A DNA stretch of 64,000 bases from Eledone cirrhosa (lineage: Eukaryota), in NCBI GenBank assembly GCA_964016885.1, contig OZ024742.1, forward strand, positions 17,980,001 to 18,044,000, in the 5' to 3' direction. The position numbers and the translations under genes are program-made. The notes under the pieces are model-generated. The model was not told the origin of the DNA and did not search any database. It saw only the letters and a list, made by a program, of their open reading frames with translations. This document shows, in pieces, positions 1 to 12,852 of the stretch; the stretch's first letter is position 1; each line of letters starts with the position of its first letter.

Positions 1-160
1 AGGCCAGCAATTAACCAGTGCATTACTGGTACTTTATTTCATCGACCCCGTGAGGATGAAAGGCAAAGTTAACCTCGGCGGGATTTGAACTCAGAATGGC
101 AAGGGACGTAACTCTATGCGTGGCGTCCGACCCTCTACCGATTCTGCCAATTCACCGCCC
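1..160 (-). mobile_element. tRNA-derived SINE (octopus-like family), tail cut by window edge
   Basis: Minus strand reads GGCGGTGAATTGGCAGAATCGGTAGAG (A-box-like) ... GAGTTCAAATCCCGCCGAGGTTAACTTTGCCTTTCATCC (B-box); more than 12 copies in the window. Confidence 0.85.
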
Positions 161-942
161 TCTATTTTATTTAATTATATTAAATTATTAAATTATATTA
201 ATTTAATACTATTTAAATAGTTTAAATAGAATATAGTTATTCAACCTGAAAACATCCTTTTAACCATTCAAAAACAAAATTGAAGAACATGTGATTGTTG
301 TTTTTTAAGTTTAAATGACATTTCAACAATGTAATTACTTCAGTTTCAACACCTGGTCTCAGTACAATATGTACATCGAACAATTTTAGTATTATTTATG
401 TATTATGCTACACTGGAGTTAAATGTGTTTTTCAATTCTCAAGAAAATAACAAGTTTATAGAGCATTACAAAACAATTTTTAAAATAGACTTCATGTTAT
501 TGATCATAAAAATAGGCAAAGCTATAAAATCTTTGAAAGTAAATAAGACACAAAGAATATATTAAGAAATGTGTGACTAATTTCATAAGAACTATGTCGA
601 ATCCATGAGATGATTGCGTGTTACTGTAGTGGTTTTTCAATTTGTTTAACTTTAAATTCTTATATATATATATATATATATGTCAACATGTCATTCATAT
701 TTGTAATTTTCAGTTGTTTTTTTCCTAACATTATCTTGCTTCCAGCCATGATCTAAAACATTTTTCAAGCTTTAATAACAATGTAAGATAAACGACGATT
801 GTAATACGGACGATATCACTGATAACTCAGACATATTAAAATTATTTACTCACAAAAGAACTAGTTGTAGGGGTAAGACGTTGAAAGCAAGAGAATGGTG
901 AGCCAGAGAGTTTGAGAGTCGTGGAAAGATGGGAAGATTATA

Positions 943-1122
943 TTTGTTTTTACTTTAGGCACAAGGCCAGCAATTATCCCAGTACATTACTGGTGCTTTA
1001 TTTTATCGACCCCGTAAGGATGAAAGGCAAAGTTAACCTCGGCGGGATTTGAACTCAGACCATAAAGCACTCTATGCTGCAAAGCATGGCGTCCGACCTT
1101 CTACCGATACTGACAATCCCCC
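943..1122 (-). mobile_element. tRNA-derived SINE copy
   Basis: Same body as 1-160; flanked by direct repeat AGATTATA (935-942 and 1123-1130), a likely TSD. Confidence 0.85.
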
Positions 1123-1438
1123 AGATTATAATATTGGCGGCGATGTATTTGTTTTGCAAGATTCTTGATATGAAATCGTGTGTTGAAACAGATATTGTTA
1201 TATTTGGAGAGGGTCAAGTTGTCTTAATATTGCCAAAAAATAGTACTGCCAATCCACCGCCCTCGGTCATCAGAAGAAGGGAGATAGATGTAAAAAAACA
1301 AACTCACTATCTTCAATTCGGTAGTTGTGTCAACTCCTACCTATGGGCATTAATGTTGGGTAGTAACCGAAAGAATACGATCGCGAATACAAGCGGCCGA
1401 AATGGGGTTCCTGCTAAGGGTCTTTAGACTAAAGTTAC

Positions 1439-1790
1439 TTGATGGTGCAGTCTGCGACTAATCCGGGCTCTGCTGCACTTCGGGCCGAGGAGGGTAAACT
1501 CTCCATGTATCGGTCGCTCTCCGACAGGTTTCCAGTCGAGCCCGTAACAGTGGAGACTTCTGGTGTCCTTGGCCCTAGGACCACCTCGCTACTCACCACC
1601 ATCGACACAGAGTTGGCTACCTGCATGTGTGAGCCTCGTGAGCTAGAATGGCTCTTCCAACACTTCACCCTCACCATCCTCCGGGGAAACGCCATCTCTG
1701 TTCTGCGCGTGGGCTCCCGTTTGTTTATAATAGTGAGTGATGGGGAGAGCGAGAGAGGCGGAGGCAGTGAGTGAGAGAAAACATCTGCGC
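1439..1790 (+). pseudogene. CRE-clade non-LTR retrotransposon 3' fragment (restriction-like endonuclease C-terminus)
   Basis: AALRAEEGKLSMY...PVTVETSGVLGP...WLFQHFTLTILRGNA matches the CRE-type AE..K..KY / VET.G..G / QR.S....RGNA terminus. Confidence 0.75.
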
Positions 1791-2335
1791 ACATACGGAT
1801 TTGATAAAACAACGATAGAGATTAAACCAACACAACCATCTTATAACGTTCAATATTTTCTACCATTGCAGATAGCCACAGATGTATAGTGGCTCAAACG
1901 AGGAACCCTGCATTGCGCCACATTTTCATTTTTTATTTATTTATTTTTTGTTGTTGATTTATTTATTTGTTTTGGGGAAGAATACAACACCATGTACGGA
2001 CATGTAGTTTTCTAACATGTTGCATAAATATCAGCGGGGTTTTACTGTCAAATCAATTAGCATTCCACTCACACAAAATCCTGAGTTTAGTTTTGTTTTT
2101 ATTACTTTCTGGGAGGTCAATAAGTTCCTGATTCGTAAATTATTTCTGTTGATTGTCTTATTACTTTAACCTTGGAGTTTCTGGGGAAAAATCACAGAGA
2201 ACAATGGTTTTCATTAATTTTTAAAGTAACAATTCTACATCGAAATTGAAGACATGAGTCATTTAACTAAATTTCTTTGGCGTTGCAATTACTTTAGTTC
2301 TGAGTTTCCCAAACCCCAAGTCTCGGCTCCCAAAT

Positions 2336-2522
2336 AATTGTTTCTACTTTTGGCACAAGGCCAGCAATTACCCAGTGCTTTACTGGTACTTTATTTTATC
2401 GACTCCGTAAAGATGAAAGGCAAAGTTAACCTCGGCGGGATTTGAACTCACATCATAAAGGGCCATAACTCTTTGCTGCAAAGCATGGCGTCCGACCCTC
2501 TACCGATACTGCCATTCCACCC
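2336..2522 (-). mobile_element. tRNA-derived SINE copy
   Basis: Full SINE body; CCCAAATAAT direct repeat on both sides. Confidence 0.85.
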
Positions 2523-2894
2523 ATCGGGTCCCAAATAATAGGAGGGGATAAGTGAAGGAGGTGATATTCGGCCAATGTTATATTTTACTCTTATAATTTG
2601 CCAGAATGTAGGCGTGTTTTATAAAATTTCAAAGTTAATTGAATGTTTCTTTTTACCCGAGAGTATATTAAGTTTCAGTTGAATAAAGTTTATGTAGAAT
2701 ATTGGTTCATATTAAGTAATTTCGTCAGTTTTCTTATCAATCTATAATGCAGAATAAACAACACAAACCCGATATAAAGGCTCAAATGGCCTTCAGCATT
2801 ACTCTTCTTACAACCTTTACAGTATGTATCTTCAGACTATAAAAACGACATCTATCTACCTACTTAACATCTGACTGATAAAATGACAAGTCAG

Positions 2895-3172
2895 TCAATC
2901 ATATTGATGGCCTCCCCACAGCCCGGCCGACAGAATGGAGAAGGCGTATCCCCGGAGGGTGACAAGGGAGACGCGCTGGAAAAGCCATTCCAACTTGCGG
3001 GGCTCACACCTGCGGCTGGCCAGCTCAGCGCCTATGGTGGTGAGTAAGGAGCTAGCCCTGGGGCTGAGGACACCAGCAGTTTCCACGGGCAAGAGTACAA
3101 TCGCAAACCTGTCGGAGGGCGATCGGTATTTGAAGAGTTTGGCCTCCTCAGCCCGACGCACCAGGTTGCGGC
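2895..3172 (-). pseudogene. CRE-clade LINE 3' fragment
   Basis: RRAEEAKLFKY...PVETAGVLSP...WLFQRVSLVTLRGYA. Confidence 0.75.
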
Positions 3173-3224
3173 AATTTATGACACAGTTACCAACGTACAG
3201 ATGCATTCATAAAACAGACGCGTG

Positions 3225-3649
3225 CTCTCGGGTCTCGAATAATTGCCACCCGCTCTCCTCATTAATTTTTCGGGGTTTTTTCCACCCCCACCCCTCCGAT
3301 CTTATCTCCCCTCCTGCTTATTAAATTTTACTAATCTATTTCCGACGAAATTTTATGTTAAGTGGTAACATTCCTGCGACAATTTTCTCTAGACATTACA
3401 AAACTTTAAACATGACTAACAAAGTACATTACTAGAAATCCCATACGATATAAAATAAATAGGATGGGTTGGGGCCTCAATATGTAAACTAAACGACTAA
3501 TTCTGGTTTTAAAAAAAAAATCAATGGAAACAACCTAGAAAAATGACCTAGTTCCCTCCCCCATCCCCACCGACCCCCGCTTATTCCCCCAACACTCCAC
3601 CCCTCCCCACCCTTGCTTATTCCACCCTCTGTTGTTTGAAACCCGAGAG
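3225..3649. mobile_element. TIR MITE (probably Tc1/mariner superfamily), non-coding
   Basis: Imperfect TIRs CTCTCGGGTCTCGAATAAT / GTTGTTTGAAACCCGAGAG with TA at the right end; internal sequence recurs at 42505-42850, 51540-51705 and 62190-62560. Confidence 0.6.
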
Positions 3650-3748
3650 TACACTAATTACACAGACATATAGTCACTCACAAACACAGACACACAACTA
3701 TATTGTCAGTTCTATCAATTATCTCAAATACACACTCTTTGACACCCA

Positions 3749-3795
<47 letters not shown>

Positions 3796-4534
3796 TCACA
3801 CACACACTCACATACATATACACACACACTCACATACATATACACACACACACACACACACAATCAACATAATCAGAAAGAAATGAACATCCACAGAACA
3901 CAAAACATACACAAATACACACACACATACACACACATACACACATACACACCTACATACACACCTACATACACACACACAGTCAACATAATCACAAAGA
4001 AATGAACATCCACAGAACACAAAACACACACACACATACACCATACAAGGCAATATATATATTACACATGCATCTCAACGTCAATCTCAATATAACCATT
4101 ATTATTTCAACTCATAGTTTGACACCAAGCTGTCATCAACTCACATTTTCACTGGGTCAATTTGCCGCAATTTGTTTTGCTTCCGATTAAACAAAACTAA
4201 AATAACAGATATGGACATGTTCCCACACCCACTCATAGTTACTTTTGCAGGGTGACCCCAAACTTTGACTTGTTTCACGAAATCAAACAAAAGTTCATTA
4301 TTGACTGCCATTTGGCTATGACGTTAACTACAAAAGTTAAGCTCATACACGAAAATAGATTTCAGACACGATGGCTGTTTGATGAAAAGTTATATCAAAT
4401 ACATGCGAGCCTCTACATAGACGCACGTGTATTTAACCAATGACTATAGTGCCTCAGATTCCAGATCGAATGAAAGGCTGTGTCTTCGAATCATGTCGGG
4501 GTTATATTTAGTTTTATGGACGCAGACACATATA

Positions 4535-4612
4535 AATGGTTTTAAAAGTTTGATAATGGTTAAAAATGTTTGATAATGGTTTTAAATGTTTGATAATGGT
4601 TAAAAAAGTTTG
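4535..4612. repeat. 20-bp minisatellite, about 4 units
   Basis: AATGGTTWWAAAWGTTTGAT repeated in tandem. Confidence 0.8.
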
Positions 4613-4619
4613 CAATTGT

Positions 4620-4740
4620 GAGGTCCCGGCATCGATCCTACTTCGTGGCATCTTGGGCGACTTTTAGATAGCCTCGGATTAACAAACAAAAAATGTGAGT
4701 GGAATTGAGTAGATGGAAGCTGCATGGAAGCTCGTCGGGT
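4620..4740 (+). mobile_element. Second SINE family fragment (CORE-like)
   Basis: GGTCCCGGCATCGATCCTACTTCGTGGCATCTTGGGC...TGTGAGTGGAATTGAGTAGATGGAAGCTG; related pieces at 8232-8328 (-) and 51187-51300 (+). Confidence 0.5.
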
Positions 4741-4808
4741 GGATTGTATCTGTAATTCAAAAGTCCAGCTTCGTTATTTTGTACGCTGATCCAGCTTAAA
4801 GGTACGTC

Positions 4809-5137
4809 GTGACCTCAGGCGTTCTCGGACCCAGGGCAGATGACTTCCTCCGTAAAATCGGATTAATAGCAGCCCATCTGAGGAATGAGCCCCGCGAGGT
4901 GGGATGGCTGTTTCAGGGGGTGTCGATGGCTATTGTCCGCGGAAATGCCATTGTTATTTTGTCCGCGGTGTGCAGCCCAAACACTGCTCTGCCTAGGTAT
5001 AGTGTCTGTCACCCTCTCTCCTTTACCTTCCTCCTTTCTTTCTTCCTTTGTTTAGTAGTCCTCGCTCTTCCCCTCCCTTTCCTCGCATGTGTGGTGTTTA
5101 CAGTCCCCTCTAATGCTGCTTTCTTTCTCTATGTTTA
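4809..5137 (+). pseudogene. CRE-clade LINE 3' end with 3' UTR
   Basis: TSGVLGPRA...WLFQGVSMAIVRGNA followed by a pyrimidine-rich UTR. Confidence 0.7.
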
Positions 5138-5348
5138 ACTATTCACATTTATTCACGGTTTGGACGATCAAAACTCGACAGAAAATCATGTCTTCGTGCG
5201 ATTCCAACTACACAACCTCACCCCACTGACAGACATTGGATTCAGTGTACTTGAAAAGCCAGTATTTTAACATTAATGACAGAATTGTCTATTTTATTTC
5301 TAAGCTTATGTATCGATCTGCCTATTAGGAATATAAAATGTTTAATTG

Positions 5349-5575
5349 ATTAAACATACAGAAAAAGAAAGCAGTATTGGAAAGGACTATAAATGCCATA
5401 AAGGAGGGAAAGAGCAAGGACTACTAGACAAAGTAAGAAAGGGGGAAGGGAAGAGGGTGACAGACGCTACACCTGGGTCAGAGCGGTGTTTTGGCTGTGC
5501 CCCGCGGACAACATGGCAAAAATATTTCCGCAGGAAATGGTCAGCGACACTCGCTGCAACAGCCACCCAACCTCT
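5349..5575 (-). pseudogene. CRE-clade LINE 3' end, inverted relative to 4809-5137
   Basis: Diverged reverse complement of 4898-5137. Confidence 0.65.
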
Positions 5576-6212
5576 GCCTATTTATCTACATACATCTATT
5601 TGTTTGTCCCCTGGATGTACAAAATTACAATGATGTTCAAGTATTTATATGTATACAAATAACCTTTGGACATTATAGTTGACCTTCCACAAGTATCTCT
5701 ATATGAAATCGCACCATAGTACGGATCACGGTGGAACCGAACAACAGTAAATATAAGGAGTGTAGGCTGAGTCACATAGTTTAGTAAAATTGGTGAATAT
5801 GTGGGAGGATTTCAGCTGAATGGGCAGACCGAAAAAAGAAAATTTCATTATTCAATAACACCACGCCTGCTTACAGAAGTAATCCACATCTTCCTTGTAA
5901 TTTATCCCATTTGGAGATATGGATTTTTTTTTGTTTTTGAGGGCACATGGGGCTGACTGAATCGATAGAGTACAACCTGTTGTACGTTCCTTACCCGTCA
6001 CCGACACGTAAGTACCCGTAGTCCAGTTCAGTAATTCTCAAATGGTTCCAGTCTGCGAAAATTGAAAACAAGAAGATATAGTTCTCTTCCGTGATCTGTA
6101 AACGGCAGCATGACAGTGGAATTGGTGAGTGATCTGTTTGCTTGAATTACTATGTATGCATAATATACATACACACATACATATATACATACATACATAT
6201 ATACATACATAC

Positions 6213-6289
<77 letters not shown>

Positions 6290-6482
6290 GGAGGTGAGTT
6301 TTATTGTAGTACAATAAAGCAATGCAGATATCGGATAAGTAGCACTCTACAGTTTGTAGGACTGGAGTATAAATAATAATATATAAGATCAAAAGATGTT
6401 TAAAAGAGTTCCATGTATTATATATGTTGATTTAAAACTGCACTATTCACAAGTGTGTTTTAACCTTCATATCATGTCTCCC

Positions 6483-6553
6483 TATTTTATCTGACGAAAA
6501 CGCAAATGTTATTGCATGATGATATTTGTTTTTGAAATGCACATAATAAAATA
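6483..6553 (+). ncRNA. Type I hammerhead ribozyme (Penelope-like pLTR type)
   Basis: TATTTTAT-CTGACGA-[long stem II]-GAAA-TGCACA-TA-ATAAAATA; stem I is 8 bp. Confidence 0.8.
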
Positions 6554-6583
6554 CATGGAACTCTTTTAACCATCTTTTGATCT

Positions 6584-7058
<475 letters not shown>

Positions 7059-7160
7059 AGGAACAAGTATACTTGTTCCTATTACCCACTCTTTTACCCT
7101 AAGTATTGAGTACTTTGGTGCGTTATGGTCCATCTGGTTCCTTACCACAATTCCTTCGTT
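7059..7160 (+). mobile_element. Penelope-like 3' tail cassette with 11-bp fold-back head
   Basis: AGGAACAAGTA|TACTTGTTCCT then the same tail that follows the HHR at 12946-13041. Confidence 0.7.
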
Positions 7161-7193
7161 ATTTATATATATATATACATATATATATTATTA

Positions 7194-7325
<132 letters not shown>

Positions 7326-7451
7326 CTCTAGAATACATACATGCGTTTATATGATTGACTATAAAATATTCAAGGCGCTACTCTAGCGTCGTTACAGTCA
7401 AATAACTGAAAACAGTAAAAAAAAAAATGTTTAATATATATTATTGTCTAA

Positions 7452-7627
7452 GTATCGGTAAAGGGTCGGACGCCATGCTTTGCAGCAAAGAGTTACAGCC
7501 CTTTGTGGTCTGAGTTCAAATTCCCGCCGAGGTTAACTTTGCCTTTCATCCTTACCGGGTCGATAAAATAAAGTACCAGTAATACACTGGGATAATTGCT
7601 GGCCTTGTGCTAAAATTAGAAACAATT
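7452..7627 (+). mobile_element. tRNA-derived SINE copy
   Basis: Same family as 1-160. Confidence 0.85.
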
Positions 7628-7771
7628 TAGGTATTTAATAGGTATCAATTGAAGGCGGTTGCTTCTTCTGACAGGACCCGCTGAAGGGCGTATTTGGAAA
7701 CACTTCCTCCACTACCGTCTCATGAATAAGTGGAAGAAGAAGGAGAAGAAGAAGAAGAAGTTTATTTTAAA

Positions 7772-7827
7772 AACACTCGACCTCCAGTTTACTAGACTGG
7801 CACTCTAACCAACTGAGCTATGGGGCC
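7772..7827 (-). pseudogene. 3'-truncated tRNA-Thr(AGT) pseudogene
   Basis: GGCCCCATAGCTCAGTTGGTTAGAGTG-CCAGT-CTAGTAA-ACTGG-AGGTCGAGTGTT; intact D arm and anticodon arm, stops in the T loop. Confidence 0.75.
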
Positions 7828-8001
7828 ACCTTGCGCTCAATAATATATTCTAACTATTAAGTGAACAGCAATTTGTTACATTACCCAAAAGAAGAACGTT
7901 TAATAACATAAAAAAATACGATGAAACTTATAGGTTCCTCCTTTAACTGGTTAACTACGAATTTATGTCTCAGGCAGTTTCCTTGGTGCTTTAGTTATAA
8001 T

Positions 8002-8190
8002 TTTGTTTCTACTTTTGGCACAAGGCCAGCAATTATTCCAGTATATTACTGGTAGTTTATTTCGACGACCCCGAAAGGATGAAAGGCAAAGTTAGTCTCG
8101 GCGGTATTTGAACTCAGATCATAAAGGGCCGTAACTCTATGCTGCAAAGTATGGCGTCCGACCCTCTACCGATACTGCCAAACCACCGCC
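8002..8190 (-). mobile_element. tRNA-derived SINE copy
   Basis: Full length; TSD TTAGTTATAAT at 7991-8001 and 8191-8201. Confidence 0.9.
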
Positions 8191-8439
8191 TTAGTTATAA
8201 TGGCATCCTATCATGGAAAGCAACATGAAATAAAGTGTCTTGCTCAAGAAAACTAGGCGCTATCGGATCCAAGAATCGAACCCATGACCTTTGGAGTTCA
8301 ACATTCTAACCAGTGGACCACGTGCCTTTCCTAAGGTTATTTATTATCTTTTATGTCAATTATAAAATGATATTTAATTACATCTTTAATTACATATATA
8401 TTTTTTACTTCGTACTTAATTCCTCACAATTAAGCTACA

Positions 8440-8965
<526 letters not shown>

Positions 8966-9329
8966 TATTCGTTTCGTTTATTTACATATCAGTATATTCG
9001 CTGACAACGTGAATTTATTTCCTACACCCTTGTGACATTACTTACAACTGACCCTGTCACAATACTATTGAGCCAGGTTCAGTTGTATATAAAGTTACAT
9101 ACATATCTTTAATAAATATAACGCATCTAAATGTATGTGCAGCTTATCTATAAAGCAGTCTCAACGTTTTCCTTAATTCATACGTGACACTACCGAATGT
9201 ATTAATGCAAATGTGTCAAAGCACAGCTTGTTGTTCATCATTGCATTTTGCAAGTGTAATAGTAAGATATGTTCATAGTCTCTCTCTCTCTCCCCCTCTC
9301 TCTCTCCCTCTCTCTCTCTCTATCAGATG

Positions 9330-9372
<43 letters not shown>

Positions 9373-9462
9373 AAAATTAAATTAAGGGAGTCATGTCCGA
9401 GACATGCGCCATATCCACCGTAGAATAAGCTCAAAGATTCCAATGAATAGATCCGAGCATTG

Positions 9463-9709
9463 TATATCAACTAGAAATTGATTGACATATATATATATCT
9501 AAAATAAACACATGAAACAATCACGGGGGATAATTTGTAAAGTGTGTAAAATGATTAATCATTTTAAAAGGTATCTATATTTGAAGTTCTAGTTAAACTT
9601 TAATTAGTTACCTACCTAGCTGTGTGTGGTTACACACTTTACAAATTATCCCCTGTGATTGTTTCATGTGTTTATTTTAGATATATATATATGTCAATCA
9701 ATTTCTAGT

Positions 9710-9716
<7 letters not shown>
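9463..9716. repeat. Inverted repeat, about 87-bp arms, 80-bp spacer
   Basis: 9463-9549 is the near-perfect reverse complement of 9630-9716; abuts (TA)n. Confidence 0.85.
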
Positions 9717-9753
<37 letters not shown>

Positions 9754-9784
9754 AACAGGAAAGACGGTATTATTCGTACATCCC

Positions 9785-9873
9785 TATTTAATTCGTTATA
9801 CGTATTTCAAAGACGTAAGGCAGTTGTATAATATCTACCTTGCGTCTTTGAAATACGTATAACGAATTAAATA
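9785..9873. repeat. Fold-back palindrome of a hammerhead 3' half
   Basis: 39-bp arms; each carries stem II strand-GAAA-TACGTA-TA-ACGAATT. Confidence 0.75.
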
Positions 9874-10844
9874 TAAGTATGTATACGTACATACATATAT
9901 GCATATATGTGTGCATGTATGTATATATATATATACATACTACTGTACGTCTGTATACATATATGTACGTATACATACTCATATTTAAGTAACAGCCGTA
10001 CTGAGAGTCAGAAATGAAATTTCGTTTCATTTTTTCCGTTTATATATATATTCCTTACCTTAAGTTGCTCGCACTTTGCTCGGTTTGTTGGGTTTTTTTC
10101 GCTGTTTTTTCACTGTTTTCTCTTTTCTTCCCTTTTGTTTTCCTTCTCTCCTTCCTTTGTTTTCCCAATAATTTATCCAGTTATTGACGCCCTGGGGGTG
10201 AGATATCTTGTCTTTAAAGCGTAGAAATATCCGAGACCCTCAGTAGACAACTGATGAGGAACACTCCCCCCCCCCTCGTTTTTGCCTTCTTATTCCCACT
10301 GCATTTTAAGTTACCTTAAATAGCAACTACACACCCATTTCCATTCTCCATATATTTCTATATGTATATATATAGACGGACGTAGTGGCATGCTGCCACA
10401 TTTGTTGCCCGCCTCTGTGCTTACAGTAATAAAAATTCAACATATTTGGCCTCCTGTCATTTCACTTTATAATACATTTACTCCGTTCCCACACCACCAA
10501 CATAATTCAACATTAAGATGGATGAGTTGCATAACGTCGAGTGCTTTTCTCATATTACGTCATGATTAACACTGCAGAATGACCGATTCTACCCAGGGGC
10601 AAACCACCAAATTTAAACGTATATGTGTATATATATATATATATATTTATTTAGGTTTGAGGTTCACCACTGGATAGAGTTGGTCATTCCGTATGGTCAA
10701 TCTTGAGGTAATAATATGGAGAGTACTCAACGTAAAGCAGCTCAACCGTCTTCGTGTGTGTAGTTGGTGGTGCGAGTACAGAGTTATTTATTATAATAAA
10801 ATAACAAGAGGTTGGACTTGTGTAAATCCTTGATCATTGTGTAT

Positions 10845-10902
10845 ATACTATGATCATTTCAATGACCGGGTTCCGTATGAATCCGGTGATATCATCAGGT
10901 AT
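10845..10902 (-). ncRNA. Type I hammerhead ribozyme
   Basis: ATAC-CTGATGA-[stem II]-GAAA-TGATCA-TA-GTAT; palindromic stem III; homolog at 41051-41108. Confidence 0.8.
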
Positions 10903-12644
10903 TCGAAATATAATAAATGAATGTAACAGATAAAATCCATGGGGCTGAAAATCATAGACCCGAGGACGACCGACCATCTAGCATCTTCCACTTTAGCCAG
11001 TCGCCCTCAAGTGCAGGCTATACGGTCTACTTAAGGCTATCTGGTGAGGGGGCGAAAGTTTATAATGTGCTACTACCCTCCCGGTGAAAGAGAAAAAAAT
11101 GACAGAAAGAAAGAAGTCAGCGTTAATGTCATGCTGCAATCAGGCTAGGAATTGCTGCGAAAAATGTTATTCTAAAGAACCTATATCTTAACAGAGGTAT
11201 ATATTATAACAGAGGTATATATAGTGGGCGTCTGCATGGTATAATGTGTGAACAGAAAATTGGAACGTTAAATTTTTGTTTAGATTTATAGGATGAAATT
11301 TAAAAAAATTAAATTAAAGATTAAAATTATAAAATTAAAAAAATTAGAAAATTAAAAATTAAACAGTTTTAAAAAATTTAAGGTTTGGGTTGCGAGATTT
11401 AGTTAAATAATTTACAGAGAGAGTTTTTATGAACAAATGTTAAGTGTATTATAGAGATCCTCGATAAGTTTTCAGGGTGAGATATAGAGTAAAGATTAAG
11501 TCCTTGTTTAGCAGTCAAACAGCACACGACGACTGCAGACTCCGGCCAGCCCGTCCTAACCACGTGTCAGCCATTCCGAGTGAAACCGTCTAACGAGAGA
11601 TATGGAAATCAATTTTTCCGAGCACTCGAGGAATGTAACTGTTCTAGGCTTCGGGTGTGCTAGTGGGAAGTCAGCCATTGTCGTTAGGCCATCGTTATAC
11701 CAAACGAGTACTATTAATTTACGCAGAGGGGGATTTGTTTGAGTGCCAGTAGAGGGAGGCATGATACAGCTAATAGTTATGATTAGGCCTAGAATTTAAA
11801 GGTACTATATGGCGGTCAAAAACGGCGGCGCGGCGGGCCCCGGGGCGAAGCAATCCGCTCCGAGTAATTTCATTTACCGAAAGAAGAGGAAATTAATTTT
11901 TCCAAGCACTCAAGAGAGGCTTATGCACCAGAGCGCTGGGCGCGCAGCCAGGAAAACCACCACACCAGTCGGATCATCGTGTGTAATCAATTATAAAACC
12001 CGATGAAAAGCGCAAATAGACTATATCTAGGTCCCCAGATAGTCTGGGTTATAAGTATTGTGGTTCTCAGGGGGAGATATTCTAGTGTCGTGTGCTAATG
12101 AGTACAATGATAAGTACTTAATGAGAGTAAAGCGAGTAAAACCCTAAATAAAAGGAACAGTAAGCAAAAAACAAAAAATACATAGATAAATAAAAGCAGA
12201 ATACGAAGTTAAAAACACATTAATAAATTGTATTTACTTATTTATTTATTTATTTATTTATATATTTCTATCTTTACTCAGGTATTTCCTAATCTTTGTT
12301 GAGTGAGTTTGAATATAAATACATAAACGGAGAAGGCTAATAGCGATACTCCGGCCAAATTCAAACTCACTCAACAAACATTAGGAAATACCTGAGTATA
12401 TTCCCAATTAAACGAGTGCTAACTATATTGTATTGTGTGGATAATTGGCTGTATTATTTCATATGAGATATATCTATTATATCATTTCCCAGACGAATCG
12501 TTTCATTATAAGATTTCTACAAGATAATATTTGAAATTAAAGTCTGTTAAAAATGAAAGTAAGGCTGAATTTTAAAAAATTTAATTCAGCCTCACTTTCA
12601 TTTTTAACAGATTTTAATTTCAAATCTTATATCCATAACGTAAA

Positions 12645-12718
12645 TATTTCATCTGATGAGCGTAGGAGACTTTTCTGTCAAGATCGTCTAGTTTCATGAA
12701 ACCTTAGGTAATGGAATA
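12645..12718 (+). ncRNA. Type I hammerhead ribozyme
   Basis: TATTTCAT-CTGATGA-...-GAAA-CCTTAGG-TA-ATGGAATA; stem II partly decayed. Confidence 0.7.
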
Positions 12719-12852
12719 ATTATATTGTGTTGTTTATTATATAATTAAATAGCTCTGTACTATACATAGAGCACTCTTCTTTCCTTTACCTTTTCTACGG
12801 AAATACATAACACATAACACACACACACGCACATATACACACATATATATAT

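Noticed and set aside
1-160. SINE heads as tRNA genes
   Set aside because: A/B boxes only, no cloverleaf; multi-copy with TSDs
4535-4612. CRISPR-like short repeats
   Set aside because: Contiguous tandem units without spacers, in eukaryotic context
10251-10330. CTGATGA as a hammerhead (also 28197, 28710, 29111, 34468)
   Set aside because: No downstream GAAA-stem III-UH half found
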